From assembly GCA_903879985.1 (NCBI GenBank), contig CAIRNR010000007.1, forward strand, positions 216,079 through 280,078: a stretch of 64,000 bases of DNA. Direction: 5' to 3'. How positions within the stretch are numbered: position 1 is the first letter of the stretch; the number at the start of each line of letters is the position of its first letter. Positions 11,439 to 20,696 of this stretch are shown here, piece by piece. Below the pieces are notes generated by a model. The model saw nothing but the letters and a program-made list of their open reading frames with translations, was not told the origin of the DNA and searched no databases. The translations under genes were made by a program, and so were the position numbers. The DNA is from an uncultured candidate division WWE3 bacterium (GTDB lineage: Bacteria > Patescibacteriota > WWE3 > UBA101185 > UBA10185).

Positions 11439-12128
11439 TTATGTCCTTCCGTAAATTAGAACATTGTCAGAGTTCGTGTAGCCCGCGACAACCTGGTTTG
11501 AAACATTTTGCAGGGTTTCAGATACGTAATCAATAAATGTGTTCACGTCATCCTGATGATAATCCAGGTATATACGATTAAAGATAATCAAACCACCAGA
11601 TACGGTCATTCGCTTTAAAGCTGCAATAAAGTTACCAGACTTACCTAAATCAGGAAATTTTTCGCCTAAAAAGATATCAACAATAATAGCTTGGAAGTAA
11701 TGTTCGCGTAAGTCAAAGGTTTCTGGTTCAACAACAACACGTAAAGCATCGTCATTAATAATTCTGTGATTTGGAATAGTTTCGATATCAAAATAATCTT
11801 TAGCAATTTGTACCATTGCCGGATCAAGCTCGACACTAACGATTTCTACCTCAGGAAAAGCTCTGGATATAAGATGTGCCATTGTCCCACCACCAAGCCC
11901 TAATATTAAAACATTCTTTAAGTTGGGTTCTTGCTCTTTTAAAATATCAACTGCTTTTCCCCATACAAGGCGATTACAAGAAGGAGAAGTATAACTAATA
12001 GATTGGTCAATTTTATCTACCTTAATCTTTTTAGTGTTACCTACCTGCCAAACCTGTATATGACCGTTATACTTAGAATCAGTTTCAAACAATATTTTTG
12101 GTAATTGAAGTCCGTCGAATACACCCAT
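11439..12128 (-). CDS. Spermidine-synthase-like SAM-dependent methyltransferase
   Basis: ILGLGGG, VELDP, IINDDA, IIVDIF class I MTase motifs. Confidence 0.75.
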   Translation of the reverse strand: MGVFDGLQLPKILFETDSKYNGHIQVWQVGNTKKIKVDKIDQSISYTSPSCNRLVWGKAVDILKEQEPNLKNVLILGLGGGTMAHLISRAFPEVEIVSVELDPAMVQIAKDYFDIETIPNHRIINDDALRVVVEPETFDLREHYFQAIIVDIFLGEKFPDLGKSGNFIAALKRMTVSGGLIIFNRIYLDYHQDDVNTFIDYVSETLQNVSNQVVAGYTNSDNVLIYGRT

Positions 12129-12175
12129 CGTTTTTTATCTTATCAAATTCTTTCCCTGCTAGATAGCCTAAATCC

Positions 12176-13495
12176 TCATTTCTCTTTTGGGGCAATAACT
12201 TCGAAATTTACATACTTTCTTAAGGCTTCCGGAACAACTACTGTTCCATCTTTTTGCTGATAATTCTCAATAATAGCTACTAAAATACGACCAACGGCAA
12301 AAGCCGTGGCGTCATTCATATGCACAAATCTCTTTTTACCTGTACTGTCGACATACGCGGTACTTAATCTGCGCGATTGGTAGTCGGTCATATAATCTGA
12401 CGTGTGAGTTTCTCGATATTTGTTTTGTGAAGGCATCCAGCATTCCATGTCCATTTGGCGATAATCTGGTTTACCCATGTCCCCTGTACAAATAGCTACC
12501 ACCTGATATGGAATACCCAATTGTTGAATCATATATTCTTGAATAGCAACAATTAAGTCCTGCTCAACTAGTCCGTTTTCTGCAGTTGTAAAAGATTCCA
12601 TTTCTAATTTATCGAATATGTGGACTCTTATAATTCCCTTGGTGTCTTTACCATAAGAACCGGCTTCTCGTCTGAAAGCTGGCGAAAATCCAATGTATCT
12701 AATAGGAAGCTGAGATAAGCTTAATGTTTCGTCCATATGCAAAGGACCAAGTGTGTGCTCGGCACTACCTATAAGTACTAAGTCATCTTTTTCAAAATAA
12801 TAGCGTTCGTCAATAGGATGCAGTCTGGCCATTCGGTCCATAACGGGTGCTTTTATAAATAAAGGAGGAATAACAGGCACAAAAGCTTTTGTGGAAGGAT
12901 TATTTGTCTTCGCTGCCAACGTTTTAAGTATTTCCGGGTTTCTTAACGTATCAAAAACAAAGTTAACTATGGCGTATTCAAGTAGTGCGGCTTCATTTTT
13001 CAAATAGTAAAAGCGTGAGCCCGACACCTCAACGGCTTTTTCTGTATCAATAATGTCTAAATACTTTCCCAAATCAACGTGGTCTTTAACCTCAAAATCA
13101 AACTTTTTTGGCGTTCCTACTTGGCGTAATATAACATTCTCTGATTCGTCCTTACCTACTGGGACTTCTGAATCCACAACGTTTGGAACTTGCTTTAACA
13201 AGACATTTAGCAAAACCTCAGCATCTTCTAGGTCTTTTTCGCTACTTTTTATTTCTTCTTTTACTTGGGAAGCTTCTGCAATAAGCTTTGTGCGCTCGTC
13301 GGCACTTACTTTGGATATGTTCTCTGAAAGCTGATTTCTTAGGGCGCGGTGGTTTTCTACCTTCTTTAATAGGTCAGCATATGTTTGATATTGGTCTAAA
13401 AGCTTCTCTATATCAACCGATTCGCCAAGTTGCTTATCAATAACAGCCTTTTTAACTAATTCTTTGTTTTCTTTTATAAAATTAATATCTAGCAT
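12176..13495 (-). CDS. serS: Seryl-tRNA synthetase
   Basis: N-terminal MLD plus coiled coil, FRREAGSYGKDTKGIIRVH, VGRILVAIIENYQ. Confidence 0.98.
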   Translation of the reverse strand: MLDINFIKENKELVKKAVIDKQLGESVDIEKLLDQYQTYADLLKKVENHRALRNQLSENISKVSADERTKLIAEASQVKEEIKSSEKDLEDAEVLLNVLLKQVPNVVDSEVPVGKDESENVILRQVGTPKKFDFEVKDHVDLGKYLDIIDTEKAVEVSGSRFYYLKNEAALLEYAIVNFVFDTLRNPEILKTLAAKTNNPSTKAFVPVIPPLFIKAPVMDRMARLHPIDERYYFEKDDLVLIGSAEHTLGPLHMDETLSLSQLPIRYIGFSPAFRREAGSYGKDTKGIIRVHIFDKLEMESFTTAENGLVEQDLIVAIQEYMIQQLGIPYQVVAICTGDMGKPDYRQMDMECWMPSQNKYRETHTSDYMTDYQSRRLSTAYVDSTGKKRFVHMNDATAFAVGRILVAIIENYQQKDGTVVVPEALRKYVNFEVIAPKEK

Positions 13496-13546
13496 AAATC
13501 CTTTTGGAATCAGTCTTTTTATTGCATTTCAAATATATATAATGGT

Positions 13547-13663
13547 AATATAAGTGGCATTGCTTGCCTTGTCAATGAATACATAGGTTTAGGTTTAACC
13601 CTAAAAGCTAATTTCCCTACTTGCGGAATCTTCATTGACCTTGTAATTTTGTTCTGATACAAT
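13547..13663. promoter_or_regulatory. Divergent sigma70 promoters of serS and the infA/alpha operon
   Basis: Minus: TTGACA(13570-75)-17-TATATT. Plus: TTGACC(13635-40)-17-TACAAT. Both -35 boxes are preceded by TTCA. Confidence 0.7.
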
Positions 13664-13719
13664 CAAGCGCGTCCACACTGCACTTTGTTTTAAAAAGTGT
13701 GTAAAATGTTAATAAATTA

Positions 13720-13938
13720 ATGAATACAAAAGAAGTAGTAACAAAAGACGGTAAAATAGTAGAAGCTCTAATGGGAGGAATGTTTAAGATTGTCGTGGAC
13801 GACGAGCAAAACGTTTTGGCTGTTATTTCAGGCAAAATGAGAAAGGCTCATATTCGTGTATTGCCAGGAGATAAAGTTCGTGTAGAGTTCTCACCTCATG
13901 ACTTAACAAGAGGTAGAATTACCTACCGTTTGAAATAG
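13720..13938 (+). CDS. infA: Translation initiation factor IF-1
   Basis: [33 protein letters not shown]. Confidence 0.98.
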   Translation: MNTKEVVTKDGKIVEALMGGMFKIVVDDEQNVLAVISGKMRKAHIRVLPGDKVRVEFSPHDLTRGRITYRLK

Positions 13939-13959
13939 TTTGAAAATAATAAAAAATAT

Positions 13960-14076
13960 ATGAAAGTAAGATCATCAGTAAAAGCGATCTGCAGAGATTG
14001 CAAAGTTATAAAAAGACAAGGTGTGCTTAGGGTTATTTGTAAAAGAAATCCTAAACATAAGCAAAGACAAGGTTAA
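13960..14076 (+). CDS. rpmJ: 50S ribosomal protein L36
   Basis: Not in ORF track. Manual translation: [38 protein letters not shown]. Confidence 0.98.
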   Translation: MKVRSSVKAICRDCKVIKRQGVLRVICKRNPKHKQRQG

Positions 14077-14079
14077 AAT

Positions 14080-14466
14080 ATGCCTAGAATAAAAGGTGTT
14101 GATATACCAAATGAAAAAAGAATAGAGGTATCTTTATCTTACATTTATGGCGTTGGTCCAATGATATCTAAGAAGATACTTGGAATTGCTGAAATTAATC
14201 CTGATACAAGAGCTAAAGACCTAACAGACGATGAAATTGCTAAAATTAACAATGCTATAGCCAAACTTGATATTCCAGTAGAAGGCGAATTGAAAAGAAT
14301 GGTTAATCAGAATATTAGAAGATTGGAAGAAATTAAGTCATATCGCGGTTCCAGACATTTAGCTGGTTTACCAGTAAGAGGTCAAAGAACTAGATCAAAC
14401 TCTAGAACCCGTAAGGGTAAAAGAAAGACAGTCGGCGGTATGAAAAAGAAATTAGCTAAGAAGTAA
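14080..14466 (+). CDS. rpsM: 30S ribosomal protein S13
   Basis: YRGSRHLAGLPVRGQRTRSN. Confidence 0.98.
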   Translation: MPRIKGVDIPNEKRIEVSLSYIYGVGPMISKKILGIAEINPDTRAKDLTDDEIAKINNAIAKLDIPVEGELKRMVNQNIRRLEEIKSYRGSRHLAGLPVRGQRTRSNSRTRKGKRKTVGGMKKKLAKK

Positions 14467-14469
14467 CAT

Positions 14470-14856
14470 ATGGCAATAACAAAAAAAGGTAAAAATAAAA
14501 CAAAAGTAGTAACAGCCAGCGGAAGAGTTTATATCTCCGCAGGGATGAACAATACAATTATTACAATTACTGATTCTGAAGGTAATACCTTATTTACCGC
14601 TAGCTCAGGAAGATCCGGATTTAAAGGATCTAGAAAATCAACTCCTTACGCAGCTACAAAAGCAGCCGAATCTTGTGGAACAGCCGCATCACAAGCAGGT
14701 ATGCGAGAAGTTGCTGTATTTTTAAAAGGACCAGGACTAGGAAGAATTTCTTCAATTAAAGCTTTAAAAACAGTTGGACTTAATGTCGTATCAATTTCTG
14801 ATCTAACACCAATCCCCCACAACGGTTGTAGACCATCTAAGAGACGAAGGGTTTAA
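14470..14856 (+). CDS. rpsK: 30S ribosomal protein S11
   Basis: [25 protein letters not shown]. Confidence 0.98.
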   Translation: MAITKKGKNKTKVVTASGRVYISAGMNNTIITITDSEGNTLFTASSGRSGFKGSRKSTPYAATKAAESCGTAASQAGMREVAVFLKGPGLGRISSIKALKTVGLNVVSISDLTPIPHNGCRPSKRRRV

Positions 14857-14859
14857 CAT

Positions 14860-15462
14860 ATGGCACGATATATTGATGCAAAATGTAGATTATGTAGAAG
14901 AGAAGGTTCAAAGCTTTACTTAAAAGGTGTTAGATGTGATTCCGACAAATGCGCAGTTGCTAAAAGACCACAAGCCCCAGGTCAACACGGTACCTCAAGA
15001 AAGTCATTATCTGAATATGGAAAACAATTAAGAGAAAAACAAAAGGTTAAGAGAATTTACGGTGTTTTAGAAAAACAATTTAAAAACTACGTAAATACCG
15101 CTTTAAACTCAAAAGGTATCTCAGGCGAAATCTTAATGCAGAAGCTTGAATCCCGCTTAGATAACATGATTTACAGAAGTGGATTTGCTGTTTCCCGTGC
15201 TCAAGCCAGACAACTTGTAAGAAGAGGCTTGTTTTTAGTCAACGGAAAAGCTATAACAACAGCATCAGCTCAGTTAAGAGCCGGCGATACAATAAAACCT
15301 GTATCTTTCGACAAAATTCACGTTAGAGAAGGTTTTGTTATGCCAGAATGGCTTGAAGCTAATACAAAAGAGAAGTATGTAAAGTATACAAAGCTACCAA
15401 GGACCGAAGATTTACAGGAAAAAGTTGATGTCCAGTCAATTGTAGAGTTTTATTCTAGATAA
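14860..15462 (+). CDS. rpsD: 30S ribosomal protein S4
   Basis: CRLCRREG, PGQHG, LESRLDN, IVEFYSR. Confidence 0.98.
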   Translation: MARYIDAKCRLCRREGSKLYLKGVRCDSDKCAVAKRPQAPGQHGTSRKSLSEYGKQLREKQKVKRIYGVLEKQFKNYVNTALNSKGISGEILMQKLESRLDNMIYRSGFAVSRAQARQLVRRGLFLVNGKAITTASAQLRAGDTIKPVSFDKIHVREGFVMPEWLEANTKEKYVKYTKLPRTEDLQEKVDVQSIVEFYSR

Positions 15463-15485
15463 CTTTAAAGGAGGTTATTTTAATT

Positions 15486-16403
15486 ATGCAAGTTAGTAAA
15501 GAAAATTTAAAAATTAATATAGTAAAAGAAAATAATACTAGTGGTACCTATTCTATTGAGCCTTTACCAACAGGTTTTGGTCATACTTTAGGAAATGGTT
15601 TAAGAAGAGTCTTATTGACATCTATTCAAGGTGCCGCTGTTACTCAAGTTAAAATTAACGGTGCTAATCACCAATTTACAACCATCCCAGGTTTAAAAGA
15701 GGATGTTGTTGAATTAACCTTAAACTTAAAGAAACTTAGATTTAGTTTACATGGTAAAAATCCAGTAATAGCTCTTATTAAGAAAAAAGGCGCTGGCGAA
15801 ATCACAGCTAAAGATATTGAAGTTACATCAGAAGCTGAAGTAATGAACAAAGATTTACACATTGCTACACTTGCGGATTCAAAAAGTGAATTAAACATTG
15901 AAATGGTTATTGAACCAGGAACCGGTTATTCACCAATGGAAGAAAGACAAACTTCAAAAGTTGGAGTTATTGTTTTAGATGCATTGTTCTCACCTATCGT
16001 AAACGCTGTATATGAAATTGAACCTACTAGATTTGGCGACAGAACCGATTTAGACAAAGTTATACTTCACGTTGAAACCGACGGAAGTGTTACACCAAAA
16101 CAAGCCGTTGTTGACGCATCAAAGATTGTAAAAGAATACTACGCAGCTTTCGAAAAATGGGAAACAACAGAAGCTAAAGAAGAAGAAACAGTAAAAGACG
16201 CCGAAACAGCTAAATCAGAAGATGTAGCTATTGAAGAATTGCCATTACAAACAAGAACAATAAACGCTCTTAAGAAACATGGAATTTCTACATTACATGA
16301 ATTATCTAGTAAAACAGATGAGGAAATTGCAGATATTAAGAACTTAGGCGAAAAATCATTAGACGAAATCAAAGTATTATTAAACAAGGAAGGTCTTAGA
16401 TAA
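15486..16403 (+). CDS. rpoA: RNA polymerase alpha subunit
   Basis: EPLPTGFGHTLGNGLRRVLL, IKNLGEKSLDEI. Confidence 0.98.
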   Translation: MQVSKENLKINIVKENNTSGTYSIEPLPTGFGHTLGNGLRRVLLTSIQGAAVTQVKINGANHQFTTIPGLKEDVVELTLNLKKLRFSLHGKNPVIALIKKKGAGEITAKDIEVTSEAEVMNKDLHIATLADSKSELNIEMVIEPGTGYSPMEERQTSKVGVIVLDALFSPIVNAVYEIEPTRFGDRTDLDKVILHVETDGSVTPKQAVVDASKIVKEYYAAFEKWETTEAKEEETVKDAETAKSEDVAIEELPLQTRTINALKKHGISTLHELSSKTDEEIADIKNLGEKSLDEIKVLLNKEGLR

Positions 16404-16429
16404 GCTTGGAAAAGTAAGTCGATTATTAT

Positions 16430-16921
16430 ATGAGACACCATATTGTAGGCAAAAGATTAAATAGGGACATGGACCACAGAAAAGGGTTGTTGAAGAATTT
16501 GTCAGAACAACTTATTGAACACGAAAAAATTGTGACCACCGAAGCCAAAGCTAAGTACTTAAGATCTCACTTTGAGAAACTTATAACTAAAGCTAAAAAG
16601 GTCAATATGGCAACTCCAATCGAAAAGTTTAACGTACTTAAAGGCTTAAGAAAAAACTTAACAGCCGAAACTGTAATTAAGAAATTAGTCGAAGAATTAG
16701 GTCCAAGATTCAAAGATCGAAATGGTGGCTACACAAGAATAACTAAAGTCGGTAACAGAGATGGCGATAACGCTTCAATGTCCCGAATCGAACTTGTAAA
16801 AGATGAAGCAAAAGCTGAGAAGCCAGTAAAAGCCACAAAACCAGAAATAGTTGAAAAAACCAAAAAGCCTGCTAAGATTGCAAAGCCTAAAACTACTAAA
16901 AAAGAGGTAACACATGAATAA
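16430..16921 (+). CDS. rplQ: 50S ribosomal protein L17 with Lys/Pro-rich C-terminal tail
   Basis: MRHH, RNGGYTRITKVGNRDGDNA. Confidence 0.97.
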   Translation: MRHHIVGKRLNRDMDHRKGLLKNLSEQLIEHEKIVTTEAKAKYLRSHFEKLITKAKKVNMATPIEKFNVLKGLRKNLTAETVIKKLVEELGPRFKDRNGGYTRITKVGNRDGDNASMSRIELVKDEAKAEKPVKATKPEIVEKTKKPAKIAKPKTTKKEVTHE

Positions 16922-17333
16922 AACTACATCACCAAAACCAGCAGACATGTTAAGAAAATGGCACTTCGTTAATGCAGACGGTAAAATACTTGGAAAAGTA
17001 GCCGTTGAAGTGGCTAGAATCTTAATTGGTAAACATAAACCAATGTATGCACCAAACGCAGACATGGGTGATATTGTTGTTGTTACAAACGCATCAAAGA
17101 TTATTGTTACTGGTAAAAAAGTTAAAGAAAAGAAATATTATCACCACACTGGTTTCCCAGGAGGTTTAAGAACAGCTTCATATGAAGAAATTGAAACCAA
17201 AAAACCAGGAGATACATTAAGACTCGCTATAAAGGGAATGCTTCCACATAACAAATTAGAAAAAATAAGAGTTGCTAACTTACATATTTACGCCGGCGAG
17301 GAACATCCTCACAAAGCACAAGAGGTTAAATAA
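16914..17333 (+). CDS. rplM: 50S ribosomal protein L13
   Basis: GKHKPMYAPNADMGD, YYHHTGFPGGL, GMLPHN. Confidence 0.98.
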   Translation: MNKTTSPKPADMLRKWHFVNADGKILGKVAVEVARILIGKHKPMYAPNADMGDIVVVTNASKIIVTGKKVKEKKYYHHTGFPGGLRTASYEEIETKKPGDTLRLAIKGMLPHNKLEKIRVANLHIYAGEEHPHKAQEVK

Positions 17334-17749
17334 TGGCCGAAGCTAAAATAAAACCAGGATTTATAACAGGAACAGGAAGAAGAAAAACAGCAGTAGCCAG
17401 TGTATTCGTATGGGACGAAAAAGGTGAAATCATAGTAAACAACGTAGACATCGCAGAATACTTCCCTACTGAAAAAGAACAACTTAAATGGACAAGACCT
17501 TTTCATTTAATTGGTGTTTCACATCCAAAAGCTAAATTTAACGCCAGCATAAAAGTTCGAGGTTCTGGTAAAGCCGCTCAGTTAGATGCAGTCGTTCATG
17601 GATTATCACGTGCTTTATCAGCCATGAATCCTGAATATGACGAAGTGTTAAGAAAACAAGGCCTTTTGACTAGAGACGATCGCATGGTCGAAAGAAAGAA
17701 GCCTAACTTACACAAAGCTAGAAAAGCTTCACAATACTCTAAACGTTAA
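17333..17749 (+). CDS. rpsI: 30S ribosomal protein S9
   Basis: GTGRRKTAVA, LLTRDDRMVERKK, QYSKR. Confidence 0.98.
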   Translation: MAEAKIKPGFITGTGRRKTAVASVFVWDEKGEIIVNNVDIAEYFPTEKEQLKWTRPFHLIGVSHPKAKFNASIKVRGSGKAAQLDAVVHGLSRALSAMNPEYDEVLRKQGLLTRDDRMVERKKPNLHKARKASQYSKR

Positions 17750-18036
17750 TCTTTGGCGAGTAGCAAGGTTTCCAATTCAACTATCGCTTGTTTAACTTGT
17801 TGTAGTTGTAATTTAAGAAAATCTTTTCTCTCCGTTTTAACGTGGAAAATAGCAGCATCATAAACTTCAGATATTGTTTCTAATACTCTTAGAGAAGGTA
17901 TGGCTCGACCCGTTTCATACGCGGATATTGTTTTACCACTTAAGCCTATTTTTTGACCAAAACGATCCTGCGACAAATTTTTGCTTGTACGAATATCCCT
18001 TATTTTTTTGCACATTTCTTTTTTAAATTCACACAT
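17746..18036 (-). CDS. XRE/Cro-C1-family HTH transcriptional regulator
   Basis: IRDIRTSKNLSQDRFGQKIGLSGKTISAYETGRAIPS HTH plus C-terminal coiled coil; alternative start GTG 18060. Confidence 0.9.
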   Translation of the reverse strand: MCEFKKEMCKKIRDIRTSKNLSQDRFGQKIGLSGKTISAYETGRAIPSLRVLETISEVYDAAIFHVKTERKDFLKLQLQQVKQAIVELETLLLAKD

Positions 18037-18098
18037 ACTATTTGGAATAGAAGTTAACACATTGAAATGAAAATTAGATTAACTTATATTGCACCTTA

Positions 18099-18827
18099 AT
18101 GTCTACAAATTTAATTAAGGATTTTCAGCAGGACGAGAGACCCCGAGAAAAGGCTGTCTCCAAGGGAATTGGGACACTTACAGATACAGAAATACTTGCA
18201 CTATTATTAAGATCCGGCGGAAAAAATGAATCAGTAATTGAACTAGCCAGAAAAATTTTAAATCGATTTGAAAACTTTAACGGATTACTTTCTTGTGATT
18301 TAAACGAACTTATAAATTTTCACAATGTGGGATTAGCAAAAGCCACGGCTATAAAAGCTGCTTGCGAAATTGCGCTAAGAATTAAAAGCAAGTCAAACGA
18401 AAACGATAAACAATATATTAAAAATCCGGAAGACATAAAAAAACTTTTAAATTCAGAACTATATGGAAAAACAAACGAAAATTTATATTTGGTTTCCCTG
18501 GATTCCAGAAATAAAGTAATTGCCAAAGATTTAATATCCGTGGGCACAGCGACCGAATCAGTTATTCACCCCAGAGAAATTTATAAAAAAGCCATATCTA
18601 GAAACGCGATATCAATAATACTTGTGCACAATCACCCATCTAATGAACCAAGCCCCAGCCTCGAAGACATTAATGTGACAAAACAAATCGCTGAGGCCGG
18701 TCAACAAATAGGTATTCCTCTCGTGGACCATATTATCTTTTGCGACAATTCCTTTTCAAGCATGAAAGCTTTACAAATATTTAGCTCGTACAAACTTAAA
18801 AAGGAAGGAGGTGAAATACATGCATAA
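18099..18827 (+). CDS. radC: RadC / JAB-domain protein
   Basis: ERPREK, LTDTEILALLL, HPREI, HNHPS..PSLED JAB motif. Confidence 0.93.
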   Translation: MSTNLIKDFQQDERPREKAVSKGIGTLTDTEILALLLRSGGKNESVIELARKILNRFENFNGLLSCDLNELINFHNVGLAKATAIKAACEIALRIKSKSNENDKQYIKNPEDIKKLLNSELYGKTNENLYLVSLDSRNKVIAKDLISVGTATESVIHPREIYKKAISRNAISIILVHNHPSNEPSPSLEDINVTKQIAEAGQQIGIPLVDHIIFCDNSFSSMKALQIFSSYKLKKEGGEIHA

Positions 18828-19410
18828 AATAAAAAACAAACTGCTATTTGTGTTAGGACTTTTGGCAACACTAGCAAGCGTTGTCGGAATCTCCATGGCC
18901 GCATTTACGGATGAAGGAAAAGTACTTGGTTCTACATTTACAGTTGGAAGTGCTGACTTAAAGTTTCAAGCAGATTTAACACGAGGTACTGATCCTGCAA
19001 ACTTAGTTGATCAACTAAACGGACCAACCTTTAGTAATATTGGCTCAACTTGGGAAGGTGTGTACTTGCTGAAACTTGAAAATCATGGCACCAAAAAGAT
19101 CGATGTTACGTCGTACGCAGATTATGTAACAGCTAACGATCCTGATGACCTAAGAACCTATATGGAGGTATCCATTTACGAATGGAATGACACCGATCAG
19201 GATGGTCAACTGGATGACGGAGAACAAAATTTGTTGTTGGGCAAAAAGACAATTACTAAGTGGAAAACTGAGGGAATATATGTAGGAGAAAGAAACCCAA
19301 ACCAAGCCATTCCGCTAGTAATACGCTTCACAACCAATAACTTAAGCGAAACAAAACAAGGATCAAACGCTATATTCGACTTTAACTTTGAGGCAACAGA
19401 AAAAAATTAG
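18820..19410 (+). CDS. TasA/CalY-like secreted protein with SipW-cognate signal peptide
   Basis: AGGAGGTG SD before ATG 18820; signal MHKIKNKLLFVLGLLATLASVVGISMA followed by AFTD....GSTFTVGSADL; acidic beta-rich body; C-terminal QG....FDFNFEATE. Confidence 0.75.
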   Translation: MHKIKNKLLFVLGLLATLASVVGISMAAFTDEGKVLGSTFTVGSADLKFQADLTRGTDPANLVDQLNGPTFSNIGSTWEGVYLLKLENHGTKKIDVTSYADYVTANDPDDLRTYMEVSIYEWNDTDQDGQLDDGEQNLLLGKKTITKWKTEGIYVGERNPNQAIPLVIRFTTNNLSETKQGSNAIFDFNFEATEKN

Positions 19411-19445
19411 TTCTTTGGTTCTACCCGGGGGAACCGATAACTAGT

Positions 19446-19892
19446 ATGAAAAATATAATTCTAGTTCTAACAATTATTTTTGGAATATTAATTTATATGT
19501 TTAGTGTCGAAAAAATTCAGGTATTTTTGATAAACGGCGAATCAATGCAACCATTTTTTCAAAAGTATGCTGTAATTATTACTAAACAAAGCGACGTATA
19601 CCAAATTGGGGATATTATAAGTTTTAATAAATCTAATCAGGTTATTACTCACAGAATAAACGAAATTAAGCTGGCTTCAGGACAGGTTTTGTATTACACA
19701 AAAGGCGACAATAACGATGTAACGGATGATATGCCTCACTCAAAAAAAGAAATAATTGGTAAGGTCGTGTGGTTTTCAAATTTATTGGGTAACATTTTCA
19801 GTACACTGGTTATCGAAAAATATGGAATATTACCAGTTCTGGCTATATTAGGATATTTAACAGGAATTCAGCTAAAACGATTACTTATTTGA
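19446..19892 (+). CDS. sipW: Signal peptidase I, SipW/ER type (Ser-His)
   Basis: GESMQP, GDIISF, ITHRI (His instead of Lys), TKGDNN..D; TM helices at both ends. Confidence 0.85.
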   Translation: MKNIILVLTIIFGILIYMFSVEKIQVFLINGESMQPFFQKYAVIITKQSDVYQIGDIISFNKSNQVITHRINEIKLASGQVLYYTKGDNNDVTDDMPHSKKEIIGKVVWFSNLLGNIFSTLVIEKYGILPVLAILGYLTGIQLKRLLI

Positions 19893-20640
19893 GTTTTGCT
19901 AAAAGAGATTGAGCTTCTCTCTTACGGTCTTTTAAAATGCCACGCTCATCGGGCATACTTAAAACCGATTGTACATAAAAGTTAGCCAAAATTAACTTAT
20001 TTTCTTTAGCACAAATTTCTGCAGCAGTTAAGTACAATCCAGACAGCCATATTGGCAACTTAATTTCTGCCTGATCACCCGCGGCTTCTTCGTCAACATA
20101 ACCTTCAAACAACGCTTTTTGGCCAGCAAGCACCACGTCATAAGCAGCATCGCCGTTGCCTTGTAATAACAATATGTTAGCTTTTTGATTTAAAGGCCAC
20201 GCAAGGTGCGCTTTTGAGCCTGGAAAAGACACTAAAGCCTCGTCTACAAGTGCCAAAGCTTCAGCCAACAGTTCCGCTTTTCTCGTAACATTCAACTCAA
20301 TACCTGAAAGACCTCGCAACACAGCCGCTTTATGAACCTTAGTTATTGCTAAAACCCCCTCTTCCAAATGTTGTGAACTTATAATTTGCATTGCTTTATC
20401 AACACAAACCAAAGCGGCATTTAACAAACTCAACTTATCTTCAACACCTGCTGACATCATAGAATAAGTTATGCGTAAATGTCCTAAAACGTCGACCTGA
20501 TCTTTAAAATTTCCATGTGTTTCGTCCCAATCTTCCAAGTTACTAAAAATATCCAAAGCTTCCTGCATATTGCCCTGCTCTCTTTTGAAAACAGCTTCTG
20601 CTTTTAAAGTTTCGTATTGTTCTTTTGATTGTATTTGCAT
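19885..20640 (-). CDS. Hypothetical all-alpha, TPR-like protein
   Basis: 251-aa helical-repeat pattern; TATAAT 6 nt before ATG. Confidence 0.65.
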   Translation of the reverse strand: MQIQSKEQYETLKAEAVFKREQGNMQEALDIFSNLEDWDETHGNFKDQVDVLGHLRITYSMMSAGVEDKLSLLNAALVCVDKAMQIISSQHLEEGVLAITKVHKAAVLRGLSGIELNVTRKAELLAEALALVDEALVSFPGSKAHLAWPLNQKANILLLQGNGDAAYDVVLAGQKALFEGYVDEEAAGDQAEIKLPIWLSGLYLTAAEICAKENKLILANFYVQSVLSMPDERGILKDRKREAQSLLAKLK

Positions 20641-20696
20641 AGCCTAATTATAGCGTATGTATACTACTGTTGACCGATTTCTGATATCCTAATCAT

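Noticed and set aside
13496-13719. tRNA or T-box in the serS-infA spacer
   Set aside because: No cloverleaf or T-box motif; the region is explained by divergent promoters
17746-18827. Prophage or ICE remnant suggested by XRE, radC and lambda-like operators
   Set aside because: No integrase, phage structural or conjugation genes; RadC is the long chromosomal type
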